Shown here one piece after another: positions 1-8,431 of a DNA stretch of 64,000 nucleotides. The translations under genes and the position numbers were made by a program. Within the stretch, counting starts at the first letter, position 1. Each line of letters opens with the position of its first letter. The notes beneath the pieces are model-generated. The model was given only the letters and a program-made list of their open reading frames with translations. It was not told the DNA's origin and made no database searches. The stretch is from assembly GCA_964635565.1 (NCBI GenBank), contig CAZWON010000001.1, forward strand, positions 7,020-71,019, in the 5' to 3' direction. This stretch comes from an uncultured Planctomycetia bacterium (GTDB lineage Bacteria; Omnitrophota; Gorgyraeia; Duberdicusellales; 4484-171).

Positions 1-365
1 AAGTTGCCGAAGTTCTGTATTCCCATTTTAAAATGCGCCTTTCTACTGTAAGTGGCATAGATAATGAAGATAATTTTGAGTTAATTTATCATTTTGGGTA
101 TGATAAAACAGGAGAAATTTTTAGCATCCGTATTTTTATTAAAAATAAAGATAATCCCAAGATTGATTCTTTAACACCGATGTTTAGGGCAGGAGAATGG
201 ATAGAAAGAGAGATTCATGAAATGTTGGGTATAGATTTTGTAGGTAATAAGAATTTAGAGCATCTTCTTTTAGACCACGATTGGCCAGAAGGTAATTATC
301 CTCTTAGAAAAAGTTGTATTTTAGAAAAGAGACCTTACCCTTTAGAAGAGAGAGATAATGAATAA
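1..365 (+). CDS. NuoC / 30-kDa-like subunit of an energy-converting (group 4) [NiFe]-hydrogenase; 5' end lies upstream of the window
   Basis: Frame is open from position 3 with no upstream stop. NuoC-type signature EREIHEMLGIDFVGNKNLEHLLL. Stop overlaps the next gene's start by 8 nt. Confidence 0.75.
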   Translation, partial: VAEVLYSHFKMRLSTVSGIDNEDNFELIYHFGYDKTGEIFSIRIFIKNKDNPKIDSLTPMFRAGEWIEREIHEMLGIDFVGNKNLEHLLLDHDWPEGNYPLRKSCILEKRPYPLEERDNE

Positions 366-1542
366 GAGAAAGATTGTCCCTATTGGTCCTTATCATCCTC
401 TTCAAGAGGAGCCAGAGTTTTTTAGACTTGTTGTTGAAGGGGAAAAGGTTGTAGATGTGGAAATAGAGATTGGTTATAATCATCGGGGGATTGAGAAACT
501 TTCAGAGTCAAAACATTGGGACCAGGTTACTTTTTTGGTGGAAAGAATTTGTGGAATATGTTCTACCTCTCATCCTTTTGCTTATGTTCTGGCGGTAGAG
601 GATTTATTAGGGATAGTTTGTCCAGAAAGAGGTAGTTATATAAGAATGATTATTGCAGAATTGGAACGCATTCATTCTCATCTTTTATGGTTGGGATTGG
701 CAGGACACTTTATTGGTTATAATACTGTATGGATGTGGGCTTGGCGAGCACGGGAGCCAATTTTAGACTTATTTGAACTTATAACAGGCAATCGCAACAG
801 TTATGCTATGATGAAAGTTGGTGGAGCGCGAAGAGACATAAAAGAAGAAGATTATCCTGTAATTAAAAAGACTTTAAAAGAGCTTTATAAAGAACTAAAT
901 CTTTTTAAAAAAGCAGTAGAAGACGATCCTATAATTCATAAGAGAACCAAAGGGGTAGGTATTCTTACCAAGAAAGATGCTATTTCTTTTGGCGTAGTAG
1001 GTCCTACTGCACGAGCTTCAGGAGTGGATATTGATGTCCGCCGAGACGATAGTTATGCCTGTTATGATAAAATAGATTGGGATGTGGTAGTTTTGGATGA
1101 AGGAGATGTGTATGCTAAAGTTGTTGCCCGGATTATGGAGATGTATGAGTCATGTTCAATTATTGAAAAGTCTCTTGCCAAAATACCTCAGGGAGAGATA
1201 GCTATAGAAGTTAGAGATATCCCTGAAGGCGAAGGTATAGGAAGGGTAGAAGCTCCCAGAGGTGAGTGTTTTCATTATGTGCGTAGCGACGGAACTAATC
1301 GTCCTGTCCGCCATAAGGTTAGAGCACCTTCTTTTATGAATGTTCCTACAAATTTGGTTACCGTTCCAGGATATACTATTTCGGATGCTGCAATAACTCT
1401 AGCAGCAGTAGATCCCTGTTATTGCTGTACAGAACGGAGCGCTGTCTTTTCACCAAAAGGAGAAAAAATTTTAAATGGAGAAGAATTGATAAAGCTTTCT
1501 CAAGAAAAGACACAAAGATTAAGAAATAAGATAACAAGTTGA
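358..1542 (+). CDS. [NiFe]-hydrogenase large subunit, group 4 / NuoD-like (Ech/Mbh type)
   Basis: N-terminal RICGICSTSH (L1 CxxC) and C-terminal DPCYCCTER (L2 CxxC) nickel-ligand motifs. NuoD-like length and core. About 33 residues follow the last Cys pair. Confidence 0.85.
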   Translation: MNKRKIVPIGPYHPLQEEPEFFRLVVEGEKVVDVEIEIGYNHRGIEKLSESKHWDQVTFLVERICGICSTSHPFAYVLAVEDLLGIVCPERGSYIRMIIAELERIHSHLLWLGLAGHFIGYNTVWMWAWRAREPILDLFELITGNRNSYAMMKVGGARRDIKEEDYPVIKKTLKELYKELNLFKKAVEDDPIIHKRTKGVGILTKKDAISFGVVGPTARASGVDIDVRRDDSYACYDKIDWDVVVLDEGDVYAKVVARIMEMYESCSIIEKSLAKIPQGEIAIEVRDIPEGEGIGRVEAPRGECFHYVRSDGTNRPVRHKVRAPSFMNVPTNLVTVPGYTISDAAITLAAVDPCYCCTERSAVFSPKGEKILNGEELIKLSQEKTQRLRNKITS

Positions 1543-1549
1543 TGAAACT

Positions 1550-3160
1550 ATGAGTTGTTTATTCTTGGTTGATGATTTATCTAAATTCATTGGTTTTTTT
1601 GTCATACTTTTTACCTTGTTAATTTTTGTCTATTCGTTGTTTTATATCAAAAAGAATAGGTTCTCTTACTACCTATGGTTTTTTCTTACCTCATTTGTTT
1701 CACTTCTTGCTGTATTTTCCAATCATATTTTTCTTTTGCTCATCTTTTGGGGGTTTTTGGCTCTTACGTTATTTAAACTTATAAATTTTTACTCTCAAGA
1801 TAAAGTAGCTGCTGTTGCTAAAAAGACCTTTATAATCGTTGGAGGGACAGATTCCTTTCTTCTGTTAGGTTTTGTTCTTTATTTATATCTTAATTCGTCC
1901 GTATATCTTGTGGGTGAACCTCTTGTTCTTCATAACGGATTGTCTTTTTTGGCTTTTTTCCTTATAGCCTCTGCCTGCTTTGCTAAGGCAGGATGTTTTC
2001 CTTTTCATTCTTGGGTTGTTGATACTGCAGAGTATGCGCCAATTCCTGTTGTTGCTTGCCTTCCTGCTTCTTTAGATAAGCTTTTGGGTATTTATCTTTT
2101 AGCAAGAATTACTAAAAATACTTTTCTCTTAAATAATTTTGCCTGTGGAGTTTTGTTGTTTTTAGGAGCAGTTACTATTGTAGGAGCAGTTATGATGGCT
2201 TTGGTGCAACATAACGTAAAAAGGTTATTGGGATTTCATGCGGTATCCCAAGTGGGTTATATGGTTTTAGGGATGGGATGTAATTCTCCTTTAGGTTTAG
2301 CAGCTGGTTTATTTCATATGGTTAACAACGCTATTTACAAAAGTTGTTTATTTCTAGGAGCAGGTAATGTAGAGGAGAGAATGGGCACCTTAGAGCTTAA
2401 GGATTTAGGGGGATTGTATAAATTTATGCCTTTGACCTTTATTGCTATGTTGATTGCGGCTTTTTCTATTTCTGGTATTCCTCCTTTTAACGGATTTGTA
2501 TCTAAATGGATGATATATCAAGGGTTGATAGATTTTATGAATAATGTAAATTCTTTAGGGATGAAAATAATCCTTTCATTTTCGTTAGTATGTGCACTCA
2601 TTGGTTCCTCTTTAACACTTGCATCTTTCTTGAAGTTAATAGGTGGTATATTTATGGGAAAAGAGAGGAAAAAAGTAGAAGAGGTTTCTTTTGCAATGTA
2701 CTTCCCTCCTTTATTTCTTTCTTTACTATGTATTGTGTTAGGATTTTTTAGTGTCCCTTTAGTCTTTCATCATCTACGTAGCTTTACTGGTATTTTTTCT
2801 TTAATAGGGATTTGGAAGCCGGTGATGGCTACAAACTTTATTCTCATAGGAATCATTTTAGGATGGATTATTTTTAGCATCTTCTCTAAGATAAGAATTA
2901 CTGAGCGATACGTAGGAGGAGAGATGGTTGAAGAAGAAGTAAAAACAGAGGATTTCTACACTATTATTAGAGATTTAAATCCTCTAAAAAATGTATATAA
3001 TAATGCAGAGAAAGGGCGGTTTGATTTGTATGAGCAAGGGAAAAACCTTACATTTTTATTTACTAAATTTTTAAGTTATCTTCATAACGGGGTATTACCT
3101 ACTTATCTTGTTTGGTGTCTTTTAGGGGTAATGGGATTGATTTTAGTTTTTTTTAAGTAA
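1550..3160 (+). CDS. MrpA / NuoL-like antiporter-type membrane subunit (MbhH-like)
   Basis: 536 aa, highly hydrophobic with many predicted TM helices and a NuoL/MnhA-like composition. It occupies the MrpA position ahead of MrpB-G homologues. Confidence 0.7.
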   Translation: MSCLFLVDDLSKFIGFFVILFTLLIFVYSLFYIKKNRFSYYLWFFLTSFVSLLAVFSNHIFLLLIFWGFLALTLFKLINFYSQDKVAAVAKKTFIIVGGTDSFLLLGFVLYLYLNSSVYLVGEPLVLHNGLSFLAFFLIASACFAKAGCFPFHSWVVDTAEYAPIPVVACLPASLDKLLGIYLLARITKNTFLLNNFACGVLLFLGAVTIVGAVMMALVQHNVKRLLGFHAVSQVGYMVLGMGCNSPLGLAAGLFHMVNNAIYKSCLFLGAGNVEERMGTLELKDLGGLYKFMPLTFIAMLIAAFSISGIPPFNGFVSKWMIYQGLIDFMNNVNSLGMKIILSFSLVCALIGSSLTLASFLKLIGGIFMGKERKKVEEVSFAMYFPPLFLSLLCIVLGFFSVPLVFHHLRSFTGIFSLIGIWKPVMATNFILIGIILGWIIFSIFSKIRITERYVGGEMVEEEVKTEDFYTIIRDLNPLKNVYNNAEKGRFDLYEQGKNLTFLFTKFLSYLHNGVLPTYLVWCLLGVMGLILVFFK

Positions 3161-3161
3161 T

Positions 3162-3710
3162 ATGTTAATGTTAGATATTCTTATTATTTTTATGATCATA
3201 GGAGCTCTAATTGCTCTTGAAGTTAAGGATTTACTTTCCAGCGTAGTGGCAGTAGGAACTGCAGGGTTAGCATTGAGCGTCTCTTTTCTTCTTTTAAAGG
3301 CTCCTGATTTAGCCCTTACTCAACTTGTAGTAGAGATATTAATTTTGGTTATTCTTATTCGTGCTACTATTAAGAAAGATTTACCTTTTTCTACTACTGG
3401 CCGGTGGTTTTTCAATACTACAGCTACTTTTGTATTTTTGGCAATTTTTTTGTATATAGGTTATGAAGCCTTAAGAGATTTGCCTAAATTTGGTCAGCCT
3501 TTAATGCGGGTAGCTCAGTTTTACTTAAAAGAAGGGTGGATGAAAACAGGAGCGGCGAATCTCGTTGCCAGTGTTGTGCTTAATTTCCGTGCTTATGATA
3601 CCTTAGGAGAAGTAACTGTGCTTTTTGCTGCTGTGGTAGGAGTATTGGCAGTGATGCGTCATAAGGGAAGGAAAGAAATAGGGGAACCTGAAGATGAAGG
3701 AGAGTTATAG
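3162..3710 (+). CDS. MrpA C-terminal-domain-like / MbhE-like membrane subunit (DUF4040 + MnhB-like)
   Basis: Motif NLVASVVLNFRAYDTLGEVTVLFAA resembles MnhB-domain NxxxxILLDFRGYDTLGE. Hydrophobic N-terminal half. Confidence 0.55.
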   Translation: MLMLDILIIFMIIGALIALEVKDLLSSVVAVGTAGLALSVSFLLLKAPDLALTQLVVEILILVILIRATIKKDLPFSTTGRWFFNTTATFVFLAIFLYIGYEALRDLPKFGQPLMRVAQFYLKEGWMKTGAANLVASVVLNFRAYDTLGEVTVLFAAVVGVLAVMRHKGRKEIGEPEDEGEL

Positions 3711-4149
3711 CAAGCAGTCAGGAATGACTCTTATTGTAAAGGTAATTACGCGCCTTACTGTAGGATTGATTCTTCTTTATGGTATTTATATTGCTCTCCA
3801 TGGTCATTTAAGTCCAGGGGGAGGATTTGCAGGAGGTGTTATCATTGTTCTTTCTTTTATTCATCTTATGCTTGCTTTTGGCAGGGAGGAAGCTTTTAGA
3901 CGTATTTCTAAACGGTTTGTATCACTTTTTGAAGGTTTAGGAGGATTATTGTTCCTTATAATTGCTATTTTAGGCTATAAGGCAGGTTATTTCTTCTATG
4001 ATTGGATTATTTTTAAAGGTAAACCATTTAGCCTTTTTTCTGCAGGAACTATTCCTCTTTCTTATTCAGCTATTGGACTTAAGGTTGCCTTTGGGCTTTT
4101 TGCTATATTTTTGGCTTTAATTACTCTTAAATTTAAGGTGAAAAAATGA
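3694..4149 (+). CDS. MrpB-like Na+/H+ antiporter subunit
   Basis: Diagnostic MnhB motif HGHLSPGGGFAGG. About 4 TM helices. The start may instead be the internal Met at 3724. Confidence 0.7.
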   Translation: MKESYSKQSGMTLIVKVITRLTVGLILLYGIYIALHGHLSPGGGFAGGVIIVLSFIHLMLAFGREEAFRRISKRFVSLFEGLGGLLFLIIAILGYKAGYFFYDWIIFKGKPFSLFSAGTIPLSYSAIGLKVAFGLFAIFLALITLKFKVKK

Positions 4150-4484
4150 GTCCTTATATATTATGTTTTCTACTTTTTTCTGTTGGTATTTACGGAATAC
4201 TGCGAAAGAGAAATATTATTAAGATAATTATTGGCACAGTGATTTGTGAATACGCAGTGAATTTGTTTCTTATTATATTTGGCTATCGTATGGGAGGGCA
4301 TGCTCCCATTTATTCACCCGATAAAGATATAAATAATATGGTTGACCCTCTTGTTCAGGCGCTGGTTCTAACTGCAATTGTTATCGGTTTAGCAACTACT
4401 GCTTTGGTTGTCGCAGTAGCCATTAGAATTTATGAGAAATATGGCACATTTGATATTACTAAAATACGGAAGTTGAAAGGATAA
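4146..4484 (+). CDS. MrpC / NuoK-like subunit
   Basis: 112 aa, three TM helices, NuoK/MnhC-like. ATGA overlap with the upstream gene. Confidence 0.7.
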   Translation: MSPYILCFLLFSVGIYGILRKRNIIKIIIGTVICEYAVNLFLIIFGYRMGGHAPIYSPDKDINNMVDPLVQALVLTAIVIGLATTALVVAVAIRIYEKYGTFDITKIRKLKG

Positions 4485-4485
4485 G

Positions 4486-5979
4486 ATGTTACCATTATTT
4501 GTTGTTGTACCTTTAGCAGCGGCGTTTCTTATTGTAATTTTAGCTAAGCGTTTTGAATTTCTTTCTGATTTTTTATCTAATTTAGCAACTGGTTTTTCTT
4601 TCATTCTCTCATGTGTTCTTTTATTCATCTTATCCCATTCTTCTTTAAAGGTAATGGTATATAAAGTAGGAGGATGGTTGCCTCCTTTTGGTGTAGATTT
4701 AGTAATTGACGGTTTTTCTTCTTTTATGCTCGTTACTATTAATATTGTAGCTTTTATGTTGAATATTTTTTGTATAAGTTATATGAGAAAATATAGTGCT
4801 AAATGGAAATTTTATACCTTATTTTTACTTATGTTAGTAGGAATGAATGGTATTGTTATAAGTGGGGATATTTTTAATATGTTTGTTTTCTTAGAGATAG
4901 CTTCTGTAGCAAGTTTTGCCTTAGTTGCTTATGGTGTAGAAGCAGAGGAGCTTGAGGCAGCATTTAAGTATATCATAATGAGCGCTGTTGCATCTTCTTT
5001 TATTCTTTTGGGTATAGCATTTTTATATTCTTATACTTCTACTCTTAATCTTGCTGATATAGCAGGTGTTTTAGAAGCTAAAGGGCTAAGTAATGTAGTT
5101 ATCCTTGTAAATATCCTTTTTATTATGGGGTTTGGTTTAAAAGCAGCAATTGTTCCTTTTCATGCCTGGCTTCCTGATGCTCATCCTTCTGCACCTGCTC
5201 CTGTATCTTCATTTCTGTCAGGTATACTTATAAAAGCATTGGGAGTTTATGTTCTTATAAGGATTTTTTACAATATTATTGGCATAAACAGAGCATTACT
5301 TGCGGTTTTTACTTTCTTAGGGGTTCTTTCTATTATGGTGGGAGTTCTTTTAGCATTGGGCCAGATGGACTTAAAGCGCCTTTTAGCATATCATTCTATA
5401 AGCCAGGTGGGTTATATTATCTTAGGTTTAGGGTTAGGCACACCTTTAGGAATTTTAGGAGGGCTGTTTCATCTTTTTAATCACTCTATATTTAAATCTT
5501 TGCTCTTTCTTAATTCAGGAGCAGTTGAGTATTCTTTAGGCACACGGAATCTTGAAGAAATGGGAGGATTAAGAGAAAAGATGCCTGTTACATCTTCTAC
5601 AAGTATGGCTGCTTCTATGGCTATTTCAGGAGTTCCTCCTTTTAATGGTTTTTGGAGTAAGTTAATTATAATTGTTGCCTGTATACAGGTGCATAAAATT
5701 GGATTAGCATTCTGGGCAGTTTTAGGGAGTATATTAACTCTTTCTTCGTTTATGAAGGTTCAGAAGTATGCTTTTTTTGGGAGTTTAAAAAAAGCATATC
5801 AGAATCTAAAAGAAGTTCCCTTTTCTATGCAGTTTGCGATGTTGGTTTTAGGGATTATCTGTGTTATAGGAGGTATATTGATTTTGCCTCATTTTGATTC
5901 TTTTTTCCTTTTTCCAGCACAGCAAGCAGTAATGAGAGGTTTGGGATATAAGGGTTTAATATATAGTGTATTGAAATGA
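4486..5979 (+). CDS. MrpD / NuoM-N-like antiporter subunit
   Basis: 497 aa polytopic membrane protein with NuoM/MnhD-like conserved segments (WLPDAHPSAPAPVSS, GVPPFNGFWSK). Confidence 0.75.
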   Translation: MLPLFVVVPLAAAFLIVILAKRFEFLSDFLSNLATGFSFILSCVLLFILSHSSLKVMVYKVGGWLPPFGVDLVIDGFSSFMLVTINIVAFMLNIFCISYMRKYSAKWKFYTLFLLMLVGMNGIVISGDIFNMFVFLEIASVASFALVAYGVEAEELEAAFKYIIMSAVASSFILLGIAFLYSYTSTLNLADIAGVLEAKGLSNVVILVNILFIMGFGLKAAIVPFHAWLPDAHPSAPAPVSSFLSGILIKALGVYVLIRIFYNIIGINRALLAVFTFLGVLSIMVGVLLALGQMDLKRLLAYHSISQVGYIILGLGLGTPLGILGGLFHLFNHSIFKSLLFLNSGAVEYSLGTRNLEEMGGLREKMPVTSSTSMAASMAISGVPPFNGFWSKLIIIVACIQVHKIGLAFWAVLGSILTLSSFMKVQKYAFFGSLKKAYQNLKEVPFSMQFAMLVLGIICVIGGILILPHFDSFFLFPAQQAVMRGLGYKGLIYSVLK

Positions 5980-6470
5980 AAAGCAGATTTATTCTTTTTG
6001 TTTTGGGATTTACAGTCTGGGTTCTACTTAATTTCTCTTTAGAAACTGATAATTTAATCATAGGAGCTTTAGTTGCTTTTTTAGTTGCTTTTTTAACAGG
6101 AGATTTATTTACCCGCCGTCCCTATGCTTTTAAGCATATTGAGAGGTATTTATGGTTTTTATATTATATTCCTATTTTTGTATGGGAATGTTTTAAAGCT
6201 AATGTAGATGTTGCTTATAGAGTATTGCATCCTAAAATCCCTATTCGGCCAGGGATTGTTAAAGTGAAGACTAAGCTTAAGTCCGATACTGCCTTAACTT
6301 TTTTAGCAAATTCCATTACGCTTACTCCAGGCACCTTAACCGTAGATATTGATAGAGAAAAAGGAGTAATGTATATCCATTGGATTTATGTTCGTGCAAA
6401 GGATACCGAAGAGGCAAGTAAACGCATTGTTTATCGTTTTGAACGTATATTAGAAAAGATTTTTGATTAG
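5976..6470 (+). CDS. MrpE-like antiporter subunit
   Basis: 164 aa, N-terminal TM pair, MnhE-like size and position between MrpD and MrpF. Confidence 0.55.
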   Translation: MKSRFILFVLGFTVWVLLNFSLETDNLIIGALVAFLVAFLTGDLFTRRPYAFKHIERYLWFLYYIPIFVWECFKANVDVAYRVLHPKIPIRPGIVKVKTKLKSDTALTFLANSITLTPGTLTVDIDREKGVMYIHWIYVRAKDTEEASKRIVYRFERILEKIFD

Positions 6471-6840
6471 GATGAGATATCTAAAGTATATTCTGGGGCT
6501 GATATTTATTGGTGCGGTATTAGGTATAATTTTATTTCATCCTTTAAAGATAATTTCCTGTAAAGACATACCTTTTGAGAATTTTTTTATGCGGGGATTA
6601 GGCATTATTACTCTAAGTGCTTTTTTATGTTTATATAGAATTTTACGGGGGCCTACTGCTTCTGATAGAATTGTGAGCATTGATATGTTGGGAATTCTTA
6701 TTGTGGGGATTTGTGCTCTTTTGACGATTACTACTAAAAGAAATTGGTATATTGATGTTGGCATTGCCTGGGCCCTGCAGAGTTTTATTTCAACTTTGGC
6801 TTTGGCAAAATTTTTGGAAGGGAAGGATTTTGATGAGTGA
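6463..6840 (+). CDS. MrpF-like antiporter subunit
   Basis: MnhF-like motif RGPTASDRIVSIDMLG; small 3-4 TM protein. Confidence 0.6.
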   Translation: MIRMRYLKYILGLIFIGAVLGIILFHPLKIISCKDIPFENFFMRGLGIITLSAFLCLYRILRGPTASDRIVSIDMLGILIVGICALLTITTKRNWYIDVGIAWALQSFISTLALAKFLEGKDFDE

Positions 6841-7153
6841 TATTTTAGGTTTGATTTTTATAGCTATAGGGCTTGGTTTTGATTTCTTTGGGTGTTTAGG
6901 GCTCGTCCGTTTACCTGATGTTTATAATCGTCTCCAGGCTGCTACTAAGTGTGTAACTTTTGGGACCTGTAGTATTCTTTTTGGTACCTTTTTGATAATG
7001 GGAGTAACTCCAGCAGGGGTAAAATGTCTTTTAGCTATTCTTTTTTTAATATTGACTTCGCCTACTTCAGCGCATGCCTTAGCAAGAGCATCACATTTAG
7101 CGAGTGTTAAACTATGGAGTAGAAGCGAATGTGACTATTACGGTAAGGATTAA
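6833..7153 (+). CDS. MrpG-like antiporter subunit
   Basis: MSDILGLIFIAIGLGFDFFGCLGLVRLPDVYNRLQAATK is typical of MnhG. ATG at 6833 overlaps the mrpF stop, so this start is preferred over the ORF-track start at 6752. Confidence 0.65.
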   Translation: MSDILGLIFIAIGLGFDFFGCLGLVRLPDVYNRLQAATKCVTFGTCSILFGTFLIMGVTPAGVKCLLAILFLILTSPTSAHALARASHLASVKLWSRSECDYYGKD

Positions 7154-7172
7154 TTTTTTAAAGGAGTTAATA

Positions 7173-7775
7173 ATGAAGTACCCTAAGTTAAGAGAAATTA
7201 AAAAAGCATTAAGTGCCTTATTCAGTAAAGCATATACGACGTCATTTCCTTTTCGACCCCATATTCCTTTTTTATCCTTTCGGGGTAAACCCTATTTTTA
7301 TGAAAAGGATTGCATAGGATGTGGAGCGTGCGTTAATGTTTGTCCCACAGGAGCATTAAGTATGTTGGATATAAAGGATAAAAATGGGTATAAACGCATT
7401 CTTAAGATACGCTGGGATATATGTATTGAGTGCGGACAGTGCCAGCTTAATTGTTTAACAGAAAAAGGCATAATACTTTCTAATGAGTTTGATATTTCTA
7501 CTACAGAAAAAAGAGAATTGCTTTATCAAAGTATAGAAAAGAAGCTTGTTACCTGTGAAGTTTGCCACCAGCCCATTGCTCCCTATGATCAGATAATTTG
7601 GACAATAAAGAAATTAGGTCCCTTGTATACATCTAATACTTCTCTTATTGCCTTTACTCAGGAGCATATAAAGTTAAGAGAAGTTTTTTCTTTTACTGCT
7701 GAAGAGATTGGGCGAGAGGATAGGTTTCGTATTCTCTGTTCTTACTGTCGACGTAAAGCAGTAGTTACTTCATAA
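7173..7775 (+). CDS. 2x[4Fe-4S] ferredoxin subunit, NuoI / MbhN-like, with an extra Cys-rich C-terminal tail
   Basis: Two CxxCxxCxxxCP clusters (CIGCGACVNVCP, CIECGQCQLNC). AGGAG RBS before the ATG at 7173. C-terminal CEVCH...CSYCRR pairs. Confidence 0.75.
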   Translation: MKYPKLREIKKALSALFSKAYTTSFPFRPHIPFLSFRGKPYFYEKDCIGCGACVNVCPTGALSMLDIKDKNGYKRILKIRWDICIECGQCQLNCLTEKGIILSNEFDISTTEKRELLYQSIEKKLVTCEVCHQPIAPYDQIIWTIKKLGPLYTSNTSLIAFTQEHIKLREVFSFTAEEIGREDRFRILCSYCRRKAVVTS

Positions 7776-7786
7776 TCTTTTTACTT

Positions 7787-8089
7787 ATGCCAATTTCTAT
7801 AAGTGAACTAATTAAAATATGCTATTCTATTGCCAGAGAGAAAGGATGGTGGGATAAACGGCGGAATGATGCTGAGCTCATTGCCCTTATGCATTCGGAG
7901 CTTTCCGAGGCGCTTGAGGTATTAAGAGAACATAAATCAAAAGAAGAATTAGCGGAAGAACTTGCTGATTGTTGTATAAGAATTTTTGATTATTGCGGAA
8001 GGAAGAAAATAGACTTAGAGAAAGCAATACTAAAGAAGATTAAAAAGAACAGAAAACGTCCCTACCGCCATGGAGATAAGAAATACTAA
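7787..8089 (+). CDS. MazG-like nucleoside triphosphate pyrophosphohydrolase (small all-alpha NTP-PPase)
   Basis: 100 aa. Acidic helical EExxE-type motifs (MHSELSEALEVLRE, ELAEELADC). Confidence 0.55.
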   Translation: MPISISELIKICYSIAREKGWWDKRRNDAELIALMHSELSEALEVLREHKSKEELAEELADCCIRIFDYCGRKKIDLEKAILKKIKKNRKRPYRHGDKKY

Positions 8090-8431
8090 ATAAATAGCGC
8101 AATAGCGTATATTAAGGTGGTGGGTGAAGGGTGAGAAATAGCCCTTAGTTCTTAGCTGTTAGCTCATAGGAAATAGGGGTAGTGGACGGTGGTTAGTGGA
8201 TAGAGATTAGCTCGTTGTTCTTAGATAAAAGATAGCAAGAAAGATAGTTGATATTCTAGATGTGGGGTAAAAAGACTAGGGGCTAAGAACTAAGAGCTAT
8301 TACAAGCACTATGAGCTAAGAGCTATGAGCTAATATTAACAACTATGAGTGAAGAGTTAATCACTACGAGCCATAGATTTTGATTTATGGACTACAACTG
8401 TGGAGTGTCGTGATATTGATTAAATTTAAGG
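8090..8431. repeat. Non-coding island rich in short direct and inverted repeats, locally more G-rich than the flanks
   Basis: Four direct copies of (A/C)CTA(T/C)GAG within 8309-8375. Inverted-repeat arms cttagttcttagc(8146-8158) vs gctaagaactaag(8283-8295), and ttagctcatag(8160-8170) vs ctatgagctaa(8322-8332). Repeated tagtgga and gatag words. No ORF. Confidence 0.6.

Noticed and set aside
4389-4628. Reverse-strand ORFs from the six-frame track, e.g. 4389-4628, 5864-6061, 14094-14288, 29180-29410, 34642-35016, 44672-45016, 57003-57287
   Set aside because: Most lie within well-supported + strand genes. Three others, at 11440-11703, 18867-19070 and 23471-23677, overlap the 5' ends of purB, purD and the dCMP-deaminase gene. 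All have low-complexity or Ser/Leu/Phe-rich translations typical of antisense frames of AT-rich coding DNA. No motifs were recognised.
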